Shown: in pieces, positions 48,815 to 57,957 of the stretch
Layout of the letters: every line of letters starts with the position of its first letter
Numbering within the stretch: position 1 is the first letter of the stretch
DNA from: Spirochaetia bacterium
GTDB taxonomy: Bacteria > Spirochaetota > Spirochaetia > UBA9216
Reading direction: 5' to 3'
DNA: 64,000 nucleotides
NCBI GenBank assembly: GCA_965140585.1
Contig: OZ223264.1
Span: 288,001-352,000, forward strand
Made by a program: the position numbers and the translations under genes
The notes under the pieces: generated by a model
Told to the model about the DNA's origin: nothing
The model's input: the letters and a program-made list of their open reading frames with translations, nothing else
Database searches by the model: none

Positions 48815-49759
48815 TTACTTCTCTTTTATTTCAAGTTTTTCGCTGAGCATTGTGTCATCATCAAAGATAAATTTGCCTGATATCTTTTTTCCGGCAAGGA
48901 CTTCCGGCAGCCAGACTGCATCATCAGCCCACATCTTGTCGTAAGGAAGGCGTTCTTCATCAGCCCAGAAGGGTTCCGCTTCGTCTGTCTCGACCATTTC
49001 TCCTTCATAGGCTTCTGCTGTAAAAGCAAAGCCGCGGATGGAATGACCGTTTTTGAAAATAAAGAAAAGGTCGCCCATCATTTCGGGATTGATCGGTATG
49101 AGTCCTACTTCCTCCTGACATTCCCGGATTGCTGCTTCTGAAGGCATTTCGCCCGGTTCTATCCGTCCGCCCGGTGCGTTTACCTTGCCGGCGCCGAGGC
49201 CTGTCTTCTTGTTAATAAGAAGAATCTGTTTTTCACTTCTGATGTAGCAGATTACCGCCTGCTCCTTGTATTTCCATGAATCCCAGTCAACCTCATCAAC
49301 AGTGTCCGGAACTATGATTTCCTCTTCTTCCACAGGCTGAGGCTCGGGAGTCTGAGGTTTCAGGAATTTATCCATAAAAGATGGTTTTCGTTCTTCCTCG
49401 GGCTCTTCATCAGGATCACATTCGGAACACATGTTTGAGTCGTAATAGAGGATACGGTTGAAATCAAGCTTTGTACCGCAGGATGTACACTTAAGTTTCC
49501 AGGGCAGTGCTTTTGCTCTAAAAATGTACGCGATAATGGCGACAATACCCACTCCGGCTATGAGGAGGTAATCAGGAAGCTGCTCTTTTGCAGCTATTAG
49601 AATTACAATTACGTAGAATAGAAAGACAAGGCCGGCCCAGATAATTGTGGCAATCCGCTTTTTCTGGCAATGCTTTTGGTGCTTGCGCTGGGTAATATTC
49701 AGCAATGCGACCGCTGCAAGGGCCCAGAAAACGGGTTCAGTAAGTTTTTCTGCTATCAT
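48815..49759 (-). CDS. NUDIX hydrolase (8-oxo-dGTPase-like) with N-terminal TM helices and a Zn ribbon
   Basis: GGRIEPGE..SEAAIRECQEEVGL Nudix box, KKTGLGAGK.N, PYDKMWADD..W; CTSC...CSEC. Confidence 0.85.
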   Translation of the reverse strand: MIAEKLTEPVFWALAAVALLNITQRKHQKHCQKKRIATIIWAGLVFLFYVIVILIAAKEQLPDYLLIAGVGIVAIIAYIFRAKALPWKLKCTSCGTKLDFNRILYYDSNMCSECDPDEEPEEERKPSFMDKFLKPQTPEPQPVEEEEIIVPDTVDEVDWDSWKYKEQAVICYIRSEKQILLINKKTGLGAGKVNAPGGRIEPGEMPSEAAIRECQEEVGLIPINPEMMGDLFFIFKNGHSIRGFAFTAEAYEGEMVETDEAEPFWADEERLPYDKMWADDAVWLPEVLAGKKISGKFIFDDDTMLSEKLEIKEK

Positions 49760-49847
49760 AAATTAGAAAATAACAGTCTCAGGGCCCTTAGTCAATGGCG
49801 CGGCCCGCCCTTGATTTTTTGGGCCTGCCGGTTTATAAACTGATGGA

Positions 49848-50738
49848 ATGAAAAAAATGAAACCTTCCTTGAACGGAATACAGAAAACTTCGCCCGTTTT
49901 TTTATGGATATCCGCGCTATCTGTACCGGCGATTCGCAGGGCTCTGGGCAAAACTTTAAAGCTGATTTTCATAAATTTTTTCGGTCTGCAGTTCCAGACA
50001 GTGCTTAAACCGTCAATCCGACCGGTTGTGAATGTCGATCATCCGCTTGATAAGTCCATCCCCTTTGTTCCCGGATGGGTGGGCCTTTACAATACATTCA
50101 CCGTATTCTGGATGAAATCAGCCGGATGGCTTTATAAGGAATTCGGTAACAATGCACTCGATGATATTGCCAGATTTGTGCATGAAATAGGGCTTCTTTA
50201 TGAGTACGCCGGCCGTGTATACAGTAAGTGCCAGTCCACTACAAACCGCCCGGGTGTGATTGCCGATTTCAATTTTATTGTTATTCATCTTTTTGATCCT
50301 CATCTGCACTGTGTTCCAAGCCTTCACGTAATGGTCTGTGCCTACACATCTTTCATGACCGATGCTTTAATAGAAAAGTATTCTGATGACCCTTCAAAGT
50401 ATAAGGCTGAACGCGACTGGGTATTCAAGAATTCCATCGAAATTATCGAATCGGTGCTTCTTGTAAAACAGCACAGCGTAAACTGTATTCCTGCAGGTTA
50501 TTTCATGAACACTGCGCTTTTTCCCGGCTTCCGTGAAAAATGGGCTGAACGGAGCATTGCAGAAATGTTTAAAGATGATCCGAAAGGACTGGACAGATCT
50601 GACGAGGTCATGGATTATATAAAAAAGCTGTACGACAGCTTTCTTGAAAAACTTGATTCCGGCAGGGATGAGGCGGAGATTCTTCTAGAGTTTCTTGCTG
50701 AGTATGCCGGTACTGATGAGGTAGAGATTGGCAGATAA
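49848..50738 (+). CDS. Hypothetical protein with PAP2-like motifs
   Basis: VPSLHV and LVKQHS resemble PAP2 C2/C3 motifs; DKSIPFVP.W. Confidence 0.6.
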   Translation: MKKMKPSLNGIQKTSPVFLWISALSVPAIRRALGKTLKLIFINFFGLQFQTVLKPSIRPVVNVDHPLDKSIPFVPGWVGLYNTFTVFWMKSAGWLYKEFGNNALDDIARFVHEIGLLYEYAGRVYSKCQSTTNRPGVIADFNFIVIHLFDPHLHCVPSLHVMVCAYTSFMTDALIEKYSDDPSKYKAERDWVFKNSIEIIESVLLVKQHSVNCIPAGYFMNTALFPGFREKWAERSIAEMFKDDPKGLDRSDEVMDYIKKLYDSFLEKLDSGRDEAEILLEFLAEYAGTDEVEIGR

Positions 50739-51876
50739 CCGAAAAAACCCTGCAACCGAGAGATTCCTTAAAAGTATCGGATTCCCGGCAGTTAATGTTC
50801 ACACCATGAACAATCATCATGATTTTACAAGACCTTCAAGACGGATTCTTGTAATCGGACCGATGGGTTCGGGCAAGACCGAGTTCTCATCAAGGGTCTG
50901 GCGTGATTCAAAGATTGCCCTTAAAAAGTCTGAAGAGGTTGCCGACCTTACAACAACAGCCGACTCGGACCGCCGCAGGGTTTTCTTTATCCGTTCGGCA
51001 CTGGACGGCGGTCGCTTCCCGGAATATCCGGAAGATGCACTTGCCTACCGCGGCGGCTATGAACGTCTTGGCGGAAACATTGCAAAGATAAGCAATTCTT
51101 TCGAACTTGAAGAGATGATTGAAAAACATCTTAACCACGGAACCTGGATAATTGATGAAGCCTCGTTCTATGATGAAAGAATTGCGTATCTTGTAAGCAG
51201 GTATTCCGAGCATTACGGAATGAACTTTATCTTTCCGACACTTATTCTTAACTTCCGCCGTGACATATTTAATGCAACAGCAAGGTTTCTGCTTGAAACC
51301 GCAACCGACGTTTTTACTCTCACAGCCTATTGCGAACATGAAGACTGCATAATTGATTCATTTTATACATACAGATACTACAAAATAGACGGAAAGGAAT
51401 GTCCGGCTTTGTATTTTGATCCGCTCATCGTAATTGGCGGCGATACCGAGAAAGAGAATCCTCTTGAGCCCAACTACTGCACCCGCTGTGATGAGCATCA
51501 TTACCTGCCGGGCAAGGACTACACTTTTCTGATTTTAAAGCCGCTTGGTGAGGAAGCCTCTCGCGGGAACATCGATCCGCTTAAGCAGGAACTGTTCTCT
51601 ATCAAAAATGAACTTGAGCGCTCACAGCTTTATAATATTCTCAAAGAAAACTACCTTGATGCTGAGCCTGCCAACCCGATTTGTATGAACAGCCTGAAGG
51701 TTCCCTGTATTGCAGAAAAGGCTCTTCTTTACCTTTTTTCCGAAGAGAATCTGATCACCGAAGATCAGATGAAGCGGCTTACCGATGAGCTTGAGCTTGA
51801 TGCAGCCTACATGTCCAAGACCCTTGCAGACAACCGCCGGCCGGTAAATTTCGAGCAGCTGGAACTTTTCAGCTGA
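50728..51876 (+). CDS. tdk: Thymidine kinase (long form)
   Basis: GPMGSGKT, IDEA, LNFRRDIF, LTAYC, IGG..Y...C..H. Confidence 0.8.
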   Translation: MADNRKNPATERFLKSIGFPAVNVHTMNNHHDFTRPSRRILVIGPMGSGKTEFSSRVWRDSKIALKKSEEVADLTTTADSDRRRVFFIRSALDGGRFPEYPEDALAYRGGYERLGGNIAKISNSFELEEMIEKHLNHGTWIIDEASFYDERIAYLVSRYSEHYGMNFIFPTLILNFRRDIFNATARFLLETATDVFTLTAYCEHEDCIIDSFYTYRYYKIDGKECPALYFDPLIVIGGDTEKENPLEPNYCTRCDEHHYLPGKDYTFLILKPLGEEASRGNIDPLKQELFSIKNELERSQLYNILKENYLDAEPANPICMNSLKVPCIAEKALLYLFSEENLITEDQMKRLTDELELDAAYMSKTLADNRRPVNFEQLELFS

Positions 51877-51926
51877 TCACAAAATACAGCATACAGATTT
51901 GAGCTTAAACAGGCTATAATACTCAC

Positions 51927-52832
51927 ATGATCATACTCGACAGGATTCCTGTTTTCATTGCAGTGGCTGAAGAACTCAGTTTTTCCAGAGCCGCCGACAG
52001 ACTGGGCAGAACACAGTCGGCGGTAAGCCAGTCTGTTGCTCAGCTTGAAGATGAGCTTGGAACCCTTCTGTTTCTGCGCGACGGAAGAAGCATCCGGCTG
52101 ACCAAGCCGGGGCGGCTTTTTTACGAACAGTCGATTCTCTCTGTAAATCATATGAACAGGGCCCTGAAGGAGCTTCGTGCCTGGGAAAGCCTTGAATCCG
52201 GCTCGCTTGTAATAGGCAGCAGCCATATAACCGCCGCCTACTTTCTGCCGCCGATACTCAATGAATTCCATAATAATTATCCGGGCGTGGCACTGACTGT
52301 CCGGACTGTATTTTCAGATGGTGCCTCCAAAGTACTGCTTAAGGGAGATATCGATCTTGCAGTTGGAATACTTCCAAAAACCGAAATCTCCGGAGTAGAG
52401 AAAATAAAGCTGCAGGCGCGCCGGGATATGATTGTTTCAAAAGAAGATATATTCAACTCTGCAGCGGATGGCAGCGGCCGATCACTGGAGGAGCTTCTAA
52501 GCGGACGGAGTTTTATAATTGCAGCACCGGGAATGCAGAGCCGGATAAAGACAGATGAACTTTTTGCATCATTTAAACATCCGCCGAACGTTGTCCTGGA
52601 AGCGGACCAAGTGGAAATCATGAAAAAAATGATTTTATCCGGTGCCGGAGCAGGGCTGCTGCCTGAAAATGCTGTGGCAGATGAACTTGAGAAACAAAGT
52701 TTATATGGGATACCTTACATACCGGCCTGTGAGCCGGATTTGATTGGAGTGCTCTGCTTGCCGGAGCAATATCGTTTTCCAGCTGTCAGGGTTTTTATAG
52801 AATTGATAAAAGAGCTTTGCCCAGCATCCTGA
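51927..52832 (+). CDS. LysR family transcriptional regulator
   Basis: SFSRAADRLGRTQSAVSQSVAQLEDELG..LF.R. Confidence 0.93.
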   Translation: MIILDRIPVFIAVAEELSFSRAADRLGRTQSAVSQSVAQLEDELGTLLFLRDGRSIRLTKPGRLFYEQSILSVNHMNRALKELRAWESLESGSLVIGSSHITAAYFLPPILNEFHNNYPGVALTVRTVFSDGASKVLLKGDIDLAVGILPKTEISGVEKIKLQARRDMIVSKEDIFNSAADGSGRSLEELLSGRSFIIAAPGMQSRIKTDELFASFKHPPNVVLEADQVEIMKKMILSGAGAGLLPENAVADELEKQSLYGIPYIPACEPDLIGVLCLPEQYRFPAVRVFIELIKELCPAS

Positions 52833-53520
52833 GTGCCAGGATTGTGATTATGACTTTGATAATCAGCATGAATGTTTTTTCCGGCAGCCTGCCAAGAAGT
52901 TTCTGTCCAAGCCAGTTTCCGGAGACTATAACCGGCAGAAACAGGAGGGCTGATTTCAGCATGCTCAGACTTACCTGCCCAAGTGTAATGAAAACTCCAA
53001 TCTTGAAGGTGTGAGTGAAAATCTGGCAGGCTGACTTTGTTGCTACCAGCTTCTCTCTTGTATATGGATCATGAAGGAAGAAGGGGGCAACAAGAGGTCC
53101 GGTTACTCCGAAAATGAGTGAAAAGTATCCCGCCACACCTCCTGCAATCACATAGTTTGCTTTTAACTTTCTTCCTGACTCCTTCCTCGTTTTTTTTCAG
53201 GTGAAAAATATAATCCCTGCAGCGAAAATTATGGACATGAAGTCAGGGGAAAGCTTAAGTAGAAAGAAGCGTCCGGTCAGAGCTCCGGCTGCAGTTCCTG
53301 CTGCAAACATTATTACCGGTTTGATACAGATGTTCCTGCGTGAAATTACAGTCCGGCTTAGGTTGCTGAAAAACTGTATAAAGCCGTGAAATGGAATAAG
53401 CGTTAACGGATCAAGCACAAGCGAGAATGTTGCAAGCGCAAGAACACCCCCACCCATACTGAATGCGCCCGACATTACGGCGCTTATAAATATTAAAGGA
53501 ACTGTCATTAATAGTGTCAT
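52795..53520 (-). pseudogene. Sulfite exporter TauE/SafE family protein interrupted by an in-frame TGA
   Basis: The two tracked ORFs share a frame, with TGA at 53197-53199; MGGG, HGFIQ..SN..R, GVTGPL, VATK. Confidence 0.75.
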
Positions 53521-53688
53521 TTTGACCTCCCTGCATGAGTTTGCAGTAAATTAAGAGATTAGTAAAATTAATTATAATTATGAAATATATTAGAAATGAT
53601 TATGGGTTCCGGCAGTATTCAACATCTTGTATTAAGGGTATAACATCATATAATTAAAAAACAGACCACTAAATCAACAGGAAATATT

Positions 53689-55134
53689 TTGAGTTCTAAT
53701 CCATCAGATGTATTAAACCGCTTTTTCGGCTATTCAGAGTTCCGGGGAATGCAGGAAAAAATTATCTCAAGGCTTCTTGCAGGCTCCGACTCCCATTCGC
53801 TTGTGCTGATGCCTACCGGTGCGGGCAAATCACTGTGCTACCAGATTCCGGGGCTGATCTTTGAGGGCGGAACTCTTGTTGTGAGTCCGCTTATCTCACT
53901 TATGAAGGATCAGGTGGATGCTCTGAAGAAGAAAGGCATCAAGGCTGATTATATAAATTCGACTGTATCATCTGCGGACAGGGAAAAGCGGCTTGAAGAT
54001 TTCGTCTACGGCGAATTGAAGTTTCTTTATATAACTCCTGAGCGTTTTACCAAGCATGATTTCATGTTTGCAGTTAAAAGGGCAAGAATTTCATTATTTG
54101 CTGTAGATGAGGCACACTGTATTTCTCAGTGGGGGCATGATTTCAGACCCGATTACAGCCGGCTGGGTGAGGTGAGGGCTGAGCTTGGTAACCCGCTTAC
54201 CATAGCGCTTACAGCAACTGCAACACCGCCGGTACAGCAGGATATTATAAGTTCACTTGGTTTCTCATCCTCTGAAATGAAAATATTTCATCAGGGAATA
54301 AGGCGGCCCAATTTGAGGCTTGAAGCCCGGGAGTGCTTCTCTGACGGTGAAAAGCTTAAGAATATAACATCTGTCTACAAGACCGTTAAAGGCAGCGGGA
54401 TTGTTTATTTTGCGCTTATAAAAACGCTTGAGAGCTTTTCAGAAATGCTTCATACAGCCGGGATTCCCCATGTTGTCTACCATGGAAAGCTTGCACCCAA
54501 ACAACGCAAAAAAGTTCAGAACCATTTTATGACGTCTAATTCTCTGGTTCTTGCAACCAATGCATTCGGTATGGGAATTGATAAACCCGACCTGCGTTAT
54601 GTCATTCATGCGGAAATTCCGGGGAGTATGGAATCGTACTATCAGGAAATCGGTCGGGCCGGGCGGGATGGAAAGAATGCCCTGTGCAGGATGCTCTATT
54701 CTCAGGATGATTTAAGTATTCATATGGATTTTATTAAATGGTCCAACCCCGACCCGGACTTTCTGAAAAAAATGCATGGTGTACTTAAATCCAAAGAGCA
54801 GCAGATTCAGTCACTGGGGCGGGAGTTTCTTGAGAACGAACTGTTTTATAAAAACCGTTTTGACTTCCGTCTCGACACCGGCTTAAGCCTCTTTGCCCGG
54901 TACGGGGTAACCGAAGGCAGTCTTGAACAGAAAACCCTAAAGGTTATAAGTGATAATTTGCCTGAAGAAATTACCGGTAAAGAACAGCATGAGCAGAAAC
55001 TGCTTAGTGATCAGAAAAAGCTGCTTGGAATAGTTCAGTATTTCAGAAGCGAAGCCTGCAGGCGGCAGGCAATTGAATCATATTTCGGCTTCGATGACGA
55101 GCAACCCTGCGGCAACTGTGATGTCTGTAGATAA
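53689..55134 (+). CDS. recQ: RecQ family DNA helicase (short form, no HRDC)
   Basis: MPTGAGKSLCYQ, DEAHCISQWGHDFRP, ATNAFGMGIDK, QEIGRAGRDG, CRR..CGNCDVC. Confidence 0.93.
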   Translation: MSSNPSDVLNRFFGYSEFRGMQEKIISRLLAGSDSHSLVLMPTGAGKSLCYQIPGLIFEGGTLVVSPLISLMKDQVDALKKKGIKADYINSTVSSADREKRLEDFVYGELKFLYITPERFTKHDFMFAVKRARISLFAVDEAHCISQWGHDFRPDYSRLGEVRAELGNPLTIALTATATPPVQQDIISSLGFSSSEMKIFHQGIRRPNLRLEARECFSDGEKLKNITSVYKTVKGSGIVYFALIKTLESFSEMLHTAGIPHVVYHGKLAPKQRKKVQNHFMTSNSLVLATNAFGMGIDKPDLRYVIHAEIPGSMESYYQEIGRAGRDGKNALCRMLYSQDDLSIHMDFIKWSNPDPDFLKKMHGVLKSKEQQIQSLGREFLENELFYKNRFDFRLDTGLSLFARYGVTEGSLEQKTLKVISDNLPEEITGKEQHEQKLLSDQKKLLGIVQYFRSEACRRQAIESYFGFDDEQPCGNCDVCR

Positions 55135-55197
55135 AAAAATGCCGGAAAAATGCATATTATGTGCTAATCTGTATGATATACAACGAGGTACTCCGGA

Positions 55198-57561
55198 TTG
55201 CCTGATACAGAAGAAAACAAACGCAGACCCAGGATTTTCAATCATAAACTATCTCCGCTGATTTTTCTCTCCTTCTCTTTATTCATAATTTTTCTCATGG
55301 TTTTCTTTGTTATCACTACACTGAACAGAACAATCAATACAAACCTGCATAGAGGTCTTGATGTTGTCTTCTCAAGATTTGAAGAACGTGAACGTCATAA
55401 GGCAAAGGACTCGATAGATCAGTTTATAATGGGTATCGAATATGCCGTTAAGACATCCCCTCTGCCTCCTGATAGGCTGAAGATGGAAATCTTCGATATG
55501 ATTGCCTTTGGAACTGTAGGGCTGAATTCGGCTAACGGATATTTTGTTTTTGATGAAAACGATATTTGTATCATAAGTCTTGATTATCCCTGGATAGTGG
55601 GCCGGAGTCTGCAGGAATTCAGTGATATTCTGAATATTGATTTCCGGCCGCACGTAGCTGATTTACGTAAAGGTGGTGAGCCGGTTTTTTTTCAGTATGT
55701 GATTCCTGTCAACGATGAGGATGCAGAACATAGAATTAAGACCTCATATATGGCTTTCATTAAGGAATACAACTGGATCCTTGGCGCCGGGTTCTATACC
55801 GATGGGGCAGACACGGATCTTGAGGCTCAGCGTGATATGTGGCTCAGCCTGGGCCAGGAGATCAAAAGAGGTGTTCTTATAAGGCTGCTGGTACTCTCTA
55901 CCGCATTGTTCTTACTTATTGTAGTTATCGTATTTCTGCTCTTCAGGTCTGATGTCAGTCGAAAAAACATAGAGAAGCGCCATAAACTTTTTGAAAAAGC
56001 GCTTGAAGAAAATCTTTGCGTTATGCATCTGGATCCGAATGGACTGATAACAGAAGTCAATGACAAGTATCTTAAGCTTTCCGGTCACAGCAGGGAAGAA
56101 TTGATTGGGAAGGCTTTTTATATTGATTACGATTCGGATCAGATTCAGTTTGTTAAGGCAAAAATTAAAAAGAAGCTTGAAAAGAGTTCAACATGGACGG
56201 CGTTGGTAAAAGGTAATACTGTTAAGGGTGAAAAATTCTGGCTTCAGGCTCAGTCGGGCGAAGTTCGTGATCTGAATGGAAATGTATTGGGACATATCGC
56301 GTTTGGTTTCGATGTGACGGAACTGCACAGACAGAAACATGCGTTGGAACGCTCTTTTATGACTGACACTTTGACAGGTTATGGAAACAGGGTACGTCTT
56401 CTCTCTGATTATAACTCCAGAACTGCTTCGTTTATTGCAATGTATAATGTTGATGGTTTTGGAAGTATTAACCTTTTCTACGGAATGAATAGAGCCGATG
56501 ATGTACTGATTCAGATATCTGCAACCCTTAGTTCTATGCTGAACCCCGAAACTGAAACCTTGTATAGAATACATTCCGACACCTTTGTTGTGATGAGCAG
56601 AAATCTGGATTCTACTCAGTTTATAAGCCAGAGCCGGGCTCGTCTTGGTGCATTAAATGACATTACTATTGAAATCAATAATGCTCAGATTCCAATATCA
56701 GTTCGATGCGGAATTACTGTATGCGGGGAGGATTCGCTTGTTATTGCCGACTCTGCTCTTGCTGCTTCAAAGAGCAGTTCAGACGGTTTTGTGGCATACA
56801 GCGAAAAAGAACTGGATGATCGTGTTGTGAAGATGGAAAATCTGGAAAGACTGAATAATATAAGGATGGCATTAAATAATTCAGAAGTCTATCTGGTTTT
56901 TCAGCCGATCCTATGTTTAAAAACCGGAGATGCTGCGAAATATGAATGTCTTTTAAGGATGAATAACCCGGATGGAACTGTTAATAATCCTGTAGCATTT
57001 ATTAATCTTGCAAAAGAGGGTCGTTTATATAAAAAGCTTACCGCTTTTGTAATTAAAAAATCATTTGAAACATTCAGCCGCAGAGATGATGAATTCTCCA
57101 TCAACCTCACACTGGAAGATTTTATGGACAGGGAAACACTTGAATTTTTGATTGAACAGGCTGACTTTTATAATATTTCGAACAGGCTGATTCTGGAGAT
57201 AGTGGAAACAGAGGAACTTAAAGACTTTGACGGACTGATTAAAATTATTTCACATCTTAAGCAGAGGGGAATCCGGATAGCCATCGATGATTTTGGCGCT
57301 GGCTTTTCCAATTTTAATTATCTGCTTAAACTGAATGCTGATTTTATCAAAATTGACGGAAGTCTTGTAAAAAATATCCTTTCCGATGAAAAGAGCCGCT
57401 CCCTTGTTATTTCAATAATTCAGTTTGCCAGAAAAACAGGGATACTTACTATTGCTGAATATATTGAGAGAGAGGAACTTCTTGAGTTTGCAAAAGCAAT
57501 CGGTATTGATTACGGTCAGGGGTATTTTATAGGTAAACCTTCCGAGCATTTTCTTAAATAG
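55198..57561 (+). CDS. Cache-PAS-degenerate GGDEF-EAL c-di-GMP phosphodiesterase
   Basis: Two TM, Cache-like KTSY...WILGAGFY, PAS, HSDTF replacing GGDEF, YECLLR, EIVETE, DDFGAG, KIDGS, QGY. Confidence 0.9.
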   Translation: MPDTEENKRRPRIFNHKLSPLIFLSFSLFIIFLMVFFVITTLNRTINTNLHRGLDVVFSRFEERERHKAKDSIDQFIMGIEYAVKTSPLPPDRLKMEIFDMIAFGTVGLNSANGYFVFDENDICIISLDYPWIVGRSLQEFSDILNIDFRPHVADLRKGGEPVFFQYVIPVNDEDAEHRIKTSYMAFIKEYNWILGAGFYTDGADTDLEAQRDMWLSLGQEIKRGVLIRLLVLSTALFLLIVVIVFLLFRSDVSRKNIEKRHKLFEKALEENLCVMHLDPNGLITEVNDKYLKLSGHSREELIGKAFYIDYDSDQIQFVKAKIKKKLEKSSTWTALVKGNTVKGEKFWLQAQSGEVRDLNGNVLGHIAFGFDVTELHRQKHALERSFMTDTLTGYGNRVRLLSDYNSRTASFIAMYNVDGFGSINLFYGMNRADDVLIQISATLSSMLNPETETLYRIHSDTFVVMSRNLDSTQFISQSRARLGALNDITIEINNAQIPISVRCGITVCGEDSLVIADSALAASKSSSDGFVAYSEKELDDRVVKMENLERLNNIRMALNNSEVYLVFQPILCLKTGDAAKYECLLRMNNPDGTVNNPVAFINLAKEGRLYKKLTAFVIKKSFETFSRRDDEFSINLTLEDFMDRETLEFLIEQADFYNISNRLILEIVETEELKDFDGLIKIISHLKQRGIRIAIDDFGAGFSNFNYLLKLNADFIKIDGSLVKNILSDEKSRSLVISIIQFARKTGILTIAEYIEREELLEFAKAIGIDYGQGYFIGKPSEHFLK

Positions 57562-57639
57562 TAGAAAACCGGATATATCTTGTGCTTCCCGGCATTAATT
57601 AATACGGGGTAGACGGAATATGATATTTCCTGTACCCTT

Positions 57640-57957
57640 AGGACGACAGATAATTAAATGAAGTAGGTTCCTGAAGTACCGGCTGGTTTTTATCAGATTG
57701 TTTCTAAAGCCGGGAAACTTGAGCTGAAAAATTATTTCATAGAACTGGGGCTTCTCCAGGGTCTCTTTTGAGGCAATGGAACTGATGTTGCTGTATTAAC
57801 AAAGCGAAAGCCTAAGCTTTTTAGCTTGGCAAAAGCACTCTAACTCTATAATCATTCGATTGTAAAGTTGGAGTGCTTTTTTTTTGACATCCCCGAATTT
57901 CTACTAACTCATAACAATCATAGTCCGGAATGCCGGATTATAAGGAGAATAAATATC
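57640..57957 (+). promoter_or_regulatory. Long structured 5' leader of the opuA operon (candidate riboswitch/attenuator)
   Basis: Multi-stem pairing potential at 57666-57783, followed by a strong terminator before the ATG. Confidence 0.45.
57831..57885 (+). terminator. Intrinsic terminator upstream of opuAA
   Basis: AAAAGCACTCTAACT..TATAATC-ATTC-GATTGTA..AGTTGGAGTGC followed by 9 T. Confidence 0.8.

Noticed and set aside
45853-53520. UGA recoding (Trp or Sec) suggested by in-frame TGAs in the GNAT and TauE genes
   Set aside because: Many intact genes here end in TGA at the expected position (for example parE, cobQ, cobU); neither site is at a redox Cys position, and the GNAT case is explained by a frameshift in an A run
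57721-57810. Firm call of a ydaO c-di-AMP or lysine riboswitch
   Set aside because: Only isolated consensus words match and the diagnostic pairings are missing; kept as an unassigned candidate
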